Of a DNA stretch of 64,000 nucleotides, positions 19,880-27,458 are shown in pieces. The notes beneath the pieces are model-generated. The model had not been told where the DNA came from, ran no database searches, and worked only from the letters and a program-made list of their open reading frames with translations. Made by a program: the position numbers and the translations under genes. The stretch comes from an uncultured Acidimicrobiales bacterium (lineage in GTDB: Bacteria > Actinomycetota > Acidimicrobiia > Acidimicrobiales > SZUA-35): assembly GCA_963803875.1 (NCBI GenBank), contig CAWDOA010000012.1:85033-149032 (forward strand), read 5' to 3'. Every line of letters starts with the position of its first letter. Positions within the stretch are counted from its first letter, which is position 1.

Positions 19880-20815
19880 ATGGCGACGCCGACTCAGGTT
19901 TCGGTCGATGGGCGAACCCTGTCACTGTCGAATCTCGACAAGGTCCTCTACCCCGAGGTCGGGTTCACCAAAGGCGAGGTGATCCACTACTACTCCGAAG
20001 TAGCGAGCGCGATGTTGCCTCACATCGAGGGTCGATGTATCACCCTGCGACGATGGCCCAACGGTGTCGAGGAGGCCTCGTTCTTCGAAAAGCGCTGCCC
20101 CACACACCGACCTCCGTGGGTGCCGGTCTCCATTGGCCCGGGAAACGAATCCGAGGGAAGCCGCAAACGAACCGGAGACACCTCGCCCATCCCCTACTGC
20201 CGGATCGAAGAACGGGCAGCACTGGTTTGGACGGCCAACCTCGCTGCGCTCGAGCTTCATGCCCCGATGGCACGAGCCGAGGCACTCGCCTGTCCGACCA
20301 CCCTTGTCTTCGATTTCGACCCCGGGGCGCCGGCCGGAATCGTTGAGTGTGCTCAGCGAGCGCTCGACATGCAGGAGGTGTTTGATCTGCTGGGGATGCA
20401 GACCTTCGCAAAGACCAGCGGATCCAAGGGCATGCAGGTTTACGTGCCGCTGAACACACCAGCCACCCATCAAGACTGTGCGGACTTCGCTCTGGGGATG
20501 GGACATGTACTGATGAAGCGCGCTCCGGAGGCTGTCACCGTCACGATGACCAAGTCGGAGCGACCGGGAAAGGTGTTCGTCGACTGGAGCCAGAACGCTC
20601 GCCACAAGACCACCATCGCCCCGTACTCCATGCGAGCCAAGTCGCGTCCGACGGTCTCCACTCCTGTTACGTGGGACGAAGTTGCGACCTGTGCCGACGG
20701 CGATGTTCTGTCCTTCATCGCCCCCGAGGTCCTGCAGCGGGTTCAGATACTCGGAGACCTCTTTGCGCCGGTTCAAACCCTGGAGCAGGAACTTCCGATG
20801 GGGTCCAACCACTGA
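19880..20815 (+). CDS. ligD: stand-alone LigD polymerase/primase (PrimPol) domain protein
   Basis: 311-aa ORF with LSLSNLDKVLYPEVGFTKGEVIHYYSEVASAMLPHIEGRCITLRRWPNGV..FFEKR and SGSKGMQVYVPL...KVFVDWSQN. No ATP-ligase or phosphoesterase domain is attached. Confidence 0.9.
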   Translation: MATPTQVSVDGRTLSLSNLDKVLYPEVGFTKGEVIHYYSEVASAMLPHIEGRCITLRRWPNGVEEASFFEKRCPTHRPPWVPVSIGPGNESEGSRKRTGDTSPIPYCRIEERAALVWTANLAALELHAPMARAEALACPTTLVFDFDPGAPAGIVECAQRALDMQEVFDLLGMQTFAKTSGSKGMQVYVPLNTPATHQDCADFALGMGHVLMKRAPEAVTVTMTKSERPGKVFVDWSQNARHKTTIAPYSMRAKSRPTVSTPVTWDEVATCADGDVLSFIAPEVLQRVQILGDLFAPVQTLEQELPMGSNH

Positions 20816-20842
20816 GCACTCTGAAGTGCAAAGCTCTTTCCA

Positions 20843-21439
20843 GTGGAGCGAATTGAGAGACACGACGTACTGAACGCGGCCATGCTTTCGTTCATCATTC
20901 TCGGAATGACCCTCACGATGTTGTGGGGGGCAAACGGGCTCCTGGGCGCTGCGACCAGCGACGATGCCGACCAGACTGTCGACGTTCTGGCCAACGAGGC
21001 TGACGACAGCTCCAACGGCGACGCGGCCCCAAGTGTGGGGTCAACGACAACAACATCGGTTGGTTCATCAACAACCACGACGACCACGCCAACCACGACC
21101 ACAACCGCAGCGCCAACCACCACAGAGGCGGTGGTCCATCCTCCCAACGAAGTCATCACCCGTGTGGGAAACGGTGCCGCAAAGGGTGGAGTCGCAGGAG
21201 CAGGTACCAACATCCTGGTCGCTGCGGGTTATGCGGCGTTGAGTCCCAAGAACGCAGAGACCATCGACGTGAGCACGGTGTACTACATCCCCGGGTACAG
21301 CAAAGATGCTGAACTGGTTGCCCAATTGCTGAGTGTCAACGCCAAGAACATCTTGCCAATGCCGCAGAACCCGGGGATGCCGGTGGGTGATGCACAGGTG
21401 ATCGCAGTGCTCGGCCGAGACACTCCACACGGGGGATAA
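20843..21439 (+). CDS. LytR_C-domain membrane protein with Thr-rich linker
   Basis: 198-aa ORF with one TM segment (LSFIILGMTLTMLWG) and a linker TTTTSVGSSTTTTTTPTTTTTAAPTTTE. The C-terminal part reads VRVGNGAAKGGVAGAGTNILVAAGY...VYYIPGY...AELVAQLL, typical of LytR_C. Confidence 0.6.
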   Translation: MERIERHDVLNAAMLSFIILGMTLTMLWGANGLLGAATSDDADQTVDVLANEADDSSNGDAAPSVGSTTTTSVGSSTTTTTTPTTTTTAAPTTTEAVVHPPNEVITRVGNGAAKGGVAGAGTNILVAAGYAALSPKNAETIDVSTVYYIPGYSKDAELVAQLLSVNAKNILPMPQNPGMPVGDAQVIAVLGRDTPHGG

Positions 21440-21443
21440 CGCA

Positions 21444-21473
21444 CTTGGTCTGGGGCTTGTGCCCCAGACCAAG
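21444..21473. terminator. perfect 13-bp hairpin between convergent genes (candidate bidirectional terminator)
   Basis: The sequence is cttggtctggggc-ttgt-gccccagaccaag, followed by atcatttt. It lies between the stops of 20843-21439 (+) and 21553- (-). Confidence 0.55.
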
Positions 21474-21552
21474 ATCATTTTGGGCTTCTGCCCCAGGGTC
21501 CCGCCCTGCCGCTTGGAGCCACAACAACTCCAACCGGCTTCCAGAATCGAAA

Positions 21553-22410
21553 CTATCCGCCTTCGGCGCCAGTGTCATTTGGAATCGACGCTTTTTCTGA
21601 GTTGACGTTGGGTCCGATGAGGCGCCCCCGGGTCAGGAATGCCGTGTGCCCGACCATCCGATGGTCTGGACGTACCGCTTGGCCTTCGATGTGCCATGTG
21701 CGGTGCAGGACCTCGGTCGTCGACACCTCGTCGTAGGCTCCCTGCGCCAGAAGATGACGCACCTGCTGCGCCTGGGTGATGCTGGGTGTATACGTCACGA
21801 CGATCCCCCCCGGCCGCAGCGCCTTCGACGCATGAGCCAGTACTTGCCAGGGCTCGGGCAGATCGAGCACGAACCGATCAAAGAGCGGTGAACCTTCGGG
21901 CATTCCGGGATCGCCGTGACCAATCCCGGCATAGGCGTCGGCGATGTGGACGTCATATCGATCGGCGACCGAATCGCCCATGAAAGCGAACACATTCTTC
22001 TTGGCCCTGGCCGCGAAGTCCTCGCGAACCTCGTATCCCACAATCTCGGCACCTGCCCGAAGGAGTGCCATCGACATCGCCCCTGAGCCGATTCCGGTTT
22101 CGAAGACTCGGGCTCCGGGATAGACATCGGCCATCATCAGAATGGCCGCAAGATCCTTCGGGTAGATCACCTGAGCGCCTCGCTTCATCTGCAACACGTA
22201 GTCGTGAAGCGATGGGCGAAACGCCCGAAACTTCTGGCCTTTGGTTGTAGCGACTTGAGAACCCTCGACCTTCCCGATGAGGTCAGCGTGCCGAACAAAG
22301 CCAGCGTGACTGTGGTACTCACCGTCGGGTTCGAGATTGATCAGGTAGCGCCTACCTTTCACATCGACAAGCAGCACGATGTCTCCTGCTTGCAGTTCTC
22401 CCAATTGCAA
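21553..22410 (-). CDS. trmI: tRNA (adenine58-N1)-methyltransferase TrmI
   Basis: Motifs are GDIVLLVDVKGRRYLINLEPDGEYHSHAGFVRHADLIG, RGAQVIYPKDLAAILMMADVYPGARVFETGIGSGAMSMALLRA and FDRFVLDLPEPW. I chose the TTG at 22410, 8 nt after the upstream stop, which gives about 285 aa as in characterised TrmI. The ORF track extends it to 22584, overlapping the upstream gene. Confidence 0.8.
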   Translation of the reverse strand: MQLGELQAGDIVLLVDVKGRRYLINLEPDGEYHSHAGFVRHADLIGKVEGSQVATTKGQKFRAFRPSLHDYVLQMKRGAQVIYPKDLAAILMMADVYPGARVFETGIGSGAMSMALLRAGAEIVGYEVREDFAARAKKNVFAFMGDSVADRYDVHIADAYAGIGHGDPGMPEGSPLFDRFVLDLPEPWQVLAHASKALRPGGIVVTYTPSITQAQQVRHLLAQGAYDEVSTTEVLHRTWHIEGQAVRPDHRMVGHTAFLTRGRLIGPNVNSEKASIPNDTGAEGG

Positions 22411-22417
22411 CGGTTTC

Positions 22418-23152
22418 TCAGTCCCGTTCGAGTCGGGAGCGAGCCCGGTCAGCCCGCTTCTGGTAGCGCTCAGCTGCCTTGGCATTCCTGGCATCCCGCC
22501 GGGCCCGCCGTACGATGCGGCGAGCTTCACGTCGTTCAGCTCTGGCCAACGATTTCGCTTCTCGTTGCGCCTTCTTTGCAGCAACAGCCGCCCGATGGTC
22601 GTCTTTGGCTTGAGCCTTGGCCGCTACCTTGGCCGCCTTGGCGGCACGTTTTTGTTCGCGAGCTTCAGCCCGCTGCTGCTTGGTTTCCAGCTTCTTGGCT
22701 TTGGCAAGAGCCTTCGCTTCGGTCTTGGCATTCTTCACGGTGGTTCGCTCCTGTTTGCTTGCGGCACGGTGAGCCGCCTTGGCAGCCCGGTCTTCTTGGG
22801 TCAACTGGTGAGAAAGGCGACGAAGTTCCCGACGGGTTGCCCGATTGGGCCGATCGGCCCTCCTGGCTCGCCGGCCCGGCGCCTTGAGGGCTTTGGCCTC
22901 CCGCTTTTCGAGCTTGGCCTCTCGCTTGAACTGCTTCATCTGCTGCTTGTGGGTGATCGGAAGGTGCTCGATCACGTACTTGTCACCGACACCGGCTCCA
23001 CTGAGATCGATCTTTTCTGTCTTGCCTGCTTTGCCTCGCAGGAAGTTGATTGCGGAGACCGCAACCGCAGAGAACACCCACGACGTCGCTGGCCCTTTGA
23101 CAATCCGATTGACCCCGGCAACGACCAGCCGAGTGCGAATTGAGCCGGCCAT
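22418..23152 (-). CDS. hypothetical protein with Lys/Ala/Arg-rich low-complexity C-terminal half
   Basis: 244-aa ORF. The N-terminal ~75 aa look globular or membrane-associated (VVAGVNRIVKGPATSWVFSAVAVSAINFL). The rest is KA/RA-rich (AKALAKAKKLETKQQRAEAREQKRAAKAAKVAAKAQAK). The start overlaps the stop of the upstream small gene (23152). Confidence 0.5.
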   Translation of the reverse strand: MAGSIRTRLVVAGVNRIVKGPATSWVFSAVAVSAINFLRGKAGKTEKIDLSGAGVGDKYVIEHLPITHKQQMKQFKREAKLEKREAKALKAPGRRARRADRPNRATRRELRRLSHQLTQEDRAAKAAHRAASKQERTTVKNAKTEAKALAKAKKLETKQQRAEAREQKRAAKAAKVAAKAQAKDDHRAAVAAKKAQREAKSLARAERREARRIVRRARRDARNAKAAERYQKRADRARSRLERD

Positions 23153-23358
23153 TACAGGCGACGGATCTCGAGAACCGTGCTGTTGCGCTTCCCTGATCGA
23201 CGGCCCATGAAATAGATCACAGCGACGATCACGACAGCCCCGGCCGCTGCAGCCATCTGCAACATCTTCTTGGAGTCATTTGAGACGGTTTCGATCTCAC
23301 CTTGAATCGAGCGGAACTTCTGCTCGATGTCGGCGGGGGTAATGGAGGGTTCGGTCAT
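23152..23358 (-). CDS. small single-pass membrane protein (DUF3618-like)
   Basis: 68-aa ORF with a helical N-terminus (TPADIEQKFRSIQGEIETVSNDSKK) and then a TM segment (AAAAGAVVIVAVIYFMG). It has 4-nt start/stop overlaps with both neighbours. Confidence 0.45.
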   Translation of the reverse strand: MTEPSITPADIEQKFRSIQGEIETVSNDSKKMLQMAAAAGAVVIVAVIYFMGRRSGKRNSTVLEIRRL

Positions 23359-23675
23359 CGCACGGCCTTTGTTGCTTTGGACATCGCTCGGAAAAGAACA
23401 AGAACAAGAAGGCTCATCGCAGCAATCGAGCCGAGGTAGGGGACAAGACTCAGGAAGCCGAGGCCGTCAAAGGTGTCGCCGGTCTCGGATTGAAGCGCTC
23501 GCAGGACGCCGAGGCCGACGAACATCACACCCATGAACGTGAGCACGGCACCAGCGAGGCCCGCACTCAGGTATCGGGCCAACGATTTCAAAGGCTCGAT
23601 GGTCTCCTGCTTGGCATAACCAACCAGCATTGTCTGAAGGTCTTTTGCCTCATCGATTGGGTTCTGATTGGCCAC
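23355..23675 (-). CDS. two-TM membrane protein resembling actinobacterial Holin-X / phage holin family
   Basis: 106-aa ORF with LVGYAKQETIEPLKSLARYLSAGLAGAVLTFMGVMFVGLGVL and a second TM LSLVPYLGSIAAMSLLVLVLF. This architecture is typical of Holin-X (superfamily III) annotations. Assigned by resemblance only. Confidence 0.5.
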   Translation of the reverse strand: MANQNPIDEAKDLQTMLVGYAKQETIEPLKSLARYLSAGLAGAVLTFMGVMFVGLGVLRALQSETGDTFDGLGFLSLVPYLGSIAAMSLLVLVLFRAMSKATKAVR

Positions 23676-23692
23676 GTCGGAGAGTGTACGGG

Positions 23693-24349
23693 CTAGTCGC
23701 CGCCGTCGCCCATTGGATCCATCATCGCCTGCTGCAACTCGAGCTCCGCCAATGCCAAAGCAGACTGCATGATCTGCTCGAGCACCGGCAGACGCTGTTC
23801 CAGCGTGGCTGCCGACAAAACCTGTTGCCGGTCATGAGTCGACAACGGGGCGGTGGCAGCGATCTGAAAACTACCCAGCAACGGATCGTCGCTGAGCTCT
23901 TGGACGGGTCCCACGTCATGGCCGAGTTCCGCCGTGAGCCCCAGCAGGCGGCGGTGGGATCCAAGCAGTCTGCGGTAGGCAACAAGATCGGACTCACCGG
24001 CAACAGAGTGATCGGGCCAGTCCACAATTGCGGCTTGGGGGTAGGGATCGTCTGGCATCCATTCGTCGATTCGGATTCGACCTACTCCGACCGAGAGAAC
24101 ACCCCATCGGCCATCCTCAGATTGTTCTGCCTCCAGGACACGCGCCAGTGTTCCCACATTGCTGCGCTGGTCCTGCCCTCCCACCTCATGGCCTCGTTCA
24201 ATGAGCACAACGCCGAAGGATCGATCGGGTAGCGCCATCACTACCTCCATCATCTGCCGATAGCGAGGCTCGAACACGTGAAGCGGCAGAACCATCGAAG
24301 GAAGCAAAACCGAACCGAGAGGGAACATTGGAACGACCCGTGACGTCAC
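23693..24349 (-). CDS. LON N-terminal substrate-binding domain protein
   Basis: 218-aa ORF starting MFPLGSVLLPSMVLPLHVFEPRYRQMM, the hallmark of stand-alone LON-domain proteins. Confidence 0.8.
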   Translation of the reverse strand: MTSRVVPMFPLGSVLLPSMVLPLHVFEPRYRQMMEVVMALPDRSFGVVLIERGHEVGGQDQRSNVGTLARVLEAEQSEDGRWGVLSVGVGRIRIDEWMPDDPYPQAAIVDWPDHSVAGESDLVAYRRLLGSHRRLLGLTAELGHDVGPVQELSDDPLLGSFQIAATAPLSTHDRQQVLSAATLEQRLPVLEQIMQSALALAELELQQAMMDPMGDGGD

Positions 24350-24399
24350 CGGACCACTGTCGCAGAGAATGAAGGAAGACGGAGCGTCGAACGCCGCTA

Positions 24400-25989
24400 T
24401 TACTTCGGGCTCAGGGCGCTGAGCAGTGGAGCATTCGGGTAGATCGCCAAAGCTTCGACAAAGGGGACCTGCAGCTCCTTCAGCTCTTCATTGAGACCGA
24501 CTGAATCGCCGTTCACGATATAGGTGAAGACCAGTTCGACACCGGCTTCCCGTGTGCTATCGACGACACCTGACAGCGCTGTGACCCCGTTGAGGGTTCC
24601 CGTCTTGGCAAAGACGTTGCCGTCGGCGGGCGTTCCCACGTGCTTGGTCACCAGGCTGCCACGCTCGCCCCCGATTGAGAAGCTGTCCACCAGAACGCTG
24701 TCGGCACCGGCTCGGTCCAGGATCTCAGTCAGAACTCCGCAGGTGACCCGGTTCGTTTCGGCGAGACCAGAGCCGTCGTCGATCGTCACGCCGGTCAGAT
24801 CGATCCGCTGGAGCTCGAGGATCGATCGGATCTCCGCGATTCCAGCTGGAATCGAGCCGATTCCCCGTTCGCTGCGGCCAAGATACTTGACCAGAATCTC
24901 GGCCCCGTAGTTGTTGGAGTAGGAGTTGATATGGGTGACGATGTCGGCCAGCGGTGGCGACACCAGTCGGGCCAACACGGTGGCCTGGGTCGGGGCTGGT
25001 GACACGTCGGAAGTGCCCGCTACCCGAACTCCTCGTTCGGCCAGCAGTGACCGGAAGACCTGCACAGCGTTGAGGGCCGGGTCGGCGGCGGCCGTCCTTC
25101 CCCTGAAGCTTCCCGCAAACTCTGCTGGCCAATCGGCAAAGCCTTCGTTGACCGAAAGGGCTGATAGCGGACCCGACTGGTTCGAAACGATGAGTCGCTC
25201 GGCCCACGGTCCGTAGCGTTCATCATCGAAAAACCTTTCGTCACCGACCAGGTTGCCGGCGATCTCGACGACGCCGGTTGCCGCTACCGAATCGGCAAGG
25301 TCTTCCAGCCGAGAAAAAGTGCGCCCGTCCTGATCGTCACCGTACTGGGACCGCCACGCTTCGGTGGAAAGAAATGGGTCGCCGCCTCCGATCAGGAAGA
25401 CGTCACCGCCGATCACGCCGTTCTGTACCGGTGCCGTTGCGACGACGTGGGTTTCGAAGGTGTGGTTCGGTCCGTACTGGCTCAGGGCCGCGTGGGTTGT
25501 CAGGATCTTCTGGTTGCTGGCCGGCACAAGGGACAACGACGGATTTGTAGAACTCAGGACCCGATCGTCCTCGGTGACGATGAGGCACGCAGCGTTGCCT
25601 GAACCCAGCAGGATCGCCTCGAGCTCAGGCTGGAGCGCAGCGTCAGCCAATGGTTGCTGAAGAGTCTCGGGTATCCGACGGGCTGACAGGATCGGCGTTT
25701 CCAGCGGAGAGCGATAGACGATCGCGGGAAGTACGTCCTGATCAATGGACGCGTTCTGGCTGTACTGCCACGAGAAAGCCGAAAGCAGGACCAAGAAGAC
25801 CATTGGCACAACCGCTCGCCAGGGAACCTGATCGAGGGCCGACGGCGGCGGCTGAGGAGCCCGTCGATCAGCCCGACGGACAGTCCCTTCACGGGATCCC
25901 GTGCGGCTTTCGCTCTGATTCCGGCGTTCCTCCATCGATCGCGAGGTTAGTGGAGCCTCACCGATCGGTTGGGTCCACCGATCCGACAA
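24400..25989 (-). CDS. dacB: D-alanyl-D-alanine carboxypeptidase/endopeptidase (PBP4, peptidase S13)
   Basis: 529-aa ORF with a TM anchor, SxxK (PASNQKILT) and KTG (FAKTGTLNGVTALSGVV). Overall it is colinear with PBP4-family proteins. Confidence 0.85.
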   Translation of the reverse strand: MSDRWTQPIGEAPLTSRSMEERRNQSESRTGSREGTVRRADRRAPQPPPSALDQVPWRAVVPMVFLVLLSAFSWQYSQNASIDQDVLPAIVYRSPLETPILSARRIPETLQQPLADAALQPELEAILLGSGNAACLIVTEDDRVLSSTNPSLSLVPASNQKILTTHAALSQYGPNHTFETHVVATAPVQNGVIGGDVFLIGGGDPFLSTEAWRSQYGDDQDGRTFSRLEDLADSVAATGVVEIAGNLVGDERFFDDERYGPWAERLIVSNQSGPLSALSVNEGFADWPAEFAGSFRGRTAAADPALNAVQVFRSLLAERGVRVAGTSDVSPAPTQATVLARLVSPPLADIVTHINSYSNNYGAEILVKYLGRSERGIGSIPAGIAEIRSILELQRIDLTGVTIDDGSGLAETNRVTCGVLTEILDRAGADSVLVDSFSIGGERGSLVTKHVGTPADGNVFAKTGTLNGVTALSGVVDSTREAGVELVFTYIVNGDSVGLNEELKELQVPFVEALAIYPNAPLLSALSPK

Positions 25990-26003
25990 ATACCGCGACG
26001 TGG

Positions 26004-27458
26004 ATGAACCTCTACGATTGGGGCATGACCGCTTCGATGGATGTCAAAACCGTTTCCGATGTGGTCAGCACGACCTGGAACGATGAGCTCATCGCCGAAC
26101 TCAGCGACTACATCGCCATACCAGCCCTGTCCCCCGCCTTCGATCCGCACTGGGAGGGCAACGGTTATCTGCACAACGCTGTCGACCACGTGCATTCCTG
26201 GATCAAGAAACAGCCCATTGTTGGCATGACATCCCGAATTGCTGAACTCCCGGAGCGAACACCGGTGATCGTCGCCGAGGTCCCCGCCTTCGGCGACACT
26301 TCCGACAACAGCAGCACGGTCTTGTTGTACGGGCACTGTGACAAACAGCCCGAAATGGTCGGTTGGGAACCCGATCTTGGCCCTTGGAAGCCGGTGCTGA
26401 GAGAGGGCCGACTCTACGGAAGAGGCGGAGCGGACGACGGTTACGCCGCCTACGCAAGCCTCACCGCCATCCGTGCGGTGCAAGAGGCCGGTGGGTCACA
26501 TCCCCGCTGTGTTCTCCTGATCGAGGCATCTGAGGAATCGGGAAGCCCTGATCTTCCCGCTCATGTGACGGCCCTGGCGGAGACTCTTGGTGTTGTGAAG
26601 CTGGTGGTGTGCCTCGATTCGGGCTGCGGCGACTACGAGGCTCTGTGGCTGACCTCCTCGTTGCGGGGGATGATGGCGGCCACTGTCACCGTCGAAGTTC
26701 TGAGCCAAGGTGTCCATTCAGGCGGAGCGAGCGGAGTAGTGCCCAGCAGTTTCCGGATACTTCGACAGCTGCTCGACCGCATCGAGGACGCCGAGACTGG
26801 TGCGGTACTCCTCCCTTCCGCCACTACTGAAACTCCCGAATACCGACTACGCGAGGCCGCGGCGATGGCGGAGTACTTGGGTCCTCGCGAGGAGCCGTAC
26901 CCGCTACTCGACGGTGTCCGCCCGATGGCGACTGGCGTGGAGGGTCTGCTGAACAAGACATGGCGACCGACCCTCTCCTATGTGGGGGCCGCCGGTATGC
27001 CGCTGCCTCACGACGCGGGGAATGTCCTCCGGCCGTCGACGGCGTTGAAGTTATCGCTCCGCCTTCCGCCCAATGCCAGCGCCTCCGCCGTGCTGAACGA
27101 ACTCACGGCGGCCCTCACCACCGACCCGCCGAGCGGTGCTCGAGTCACCCTGTCCGATGTCGAACAGGCCTCTGGGTGGAATGCTCCAGATCTTGCGCCA
27201 TGGCTCCGGTCATCGCTCGAATCAGGGTCACAAGATGTCTTCGGCGCACCACTCCAACTGATGGGCGAAGGGGGAAGTATTCCCTTCATGGGAATGCTCG
27301 GAGACAGGTTTCCGACCTCCCAGTTTGCGGTGATGGGTGTTCTCGGGCCGCAATCGAACGCTCACGGACCCAATGAATTCCTTCATCTCGATTACGCCCG
27401 GAGACTCACTACGGTCCTCGCGACGTTGCTCAATGACGCCGCTGCCGGTTTGAACTAG
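26004..27458 (+). CDS. M20-family dipeptidase
   Basis: From the ATG at 26004 (or 26025) it reads ...LSDYIAIPALSPAFDP...LLYGHCDKQPEMVGW...PWKPVLREGRLYGRGGADDGYAAYASLTAIRAVQEAG...LIEASEESGSPDL. The ORF-track start at 25650 is antisense to dacB and is rejected. Confidence 0.8.
   Translation: MNLYDWGMTASMDVKTVSDVVSTTWNDELIAELSDYIAIPALSPAFDPHWEGNGYLHNAVDHVHSWIKKQPIVGMTSRIAELPERTPVIVAEVPAFGDTSDNSSTVLLYGHCDKQPEMVGWEPDLGPWKPVLREGRLYGRGGADDGYAAYASLTAIRAVQEAGGSHPRCVLLIEASEESGSPDLPAHVTALAETLGVVKLVVCLDSGCGDYEALWLTSSLRGMMAATVTVEVLSQGVHSGGASGVVPSSFRILRQLLDRIEDAETGAVLLPSATTETPEYRLREAAAMAEYLGPREEPYPLLDGVRPMATGVEGLLNKTWRPTLSYVGAAGMPLPHDAGNVLRPSTALKLSLRLPPNASASAVLNELTAALTTDPPSGARVTLSDVEQASGWNAPDLAPWLRSSLESGSQDVFGAPLQLMGEGGSIPFMGMLGDRFPTSQFAVMGVLGPQSNAHGPNEFLHLDYARRLTTVLATLLNDAAAGLN

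Noticed and set aside
22440-22800. Possible DNA tandem repeat or VNTR in the Lys/Ala-rich coding region, and the ACx-rich Thr linker at 21040-21125.
   Set aside because: Periodicity is only at the amino-acid composition level (GCx/AAG/CGx codons). I could not find a repeating nucleotide unit with consistent length. I treat both as low-complexity coding sequence.
25650-26003. N-terminal extensions proposed by the ORF track: M20 peptidase from 25650, Cys-rich protein from 46824, TrmI to 22584, acyl-CoA dehydrogenase from 38812, helicase to 59537.
   Set aside because: Each extension overlaps a well-supported neighbouring gene (dacB, LOG, the KA-rich protein, BKACE, M23/DUF4214). Each has a junk-like composition. 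Shorter starts give lengths typical of the families.
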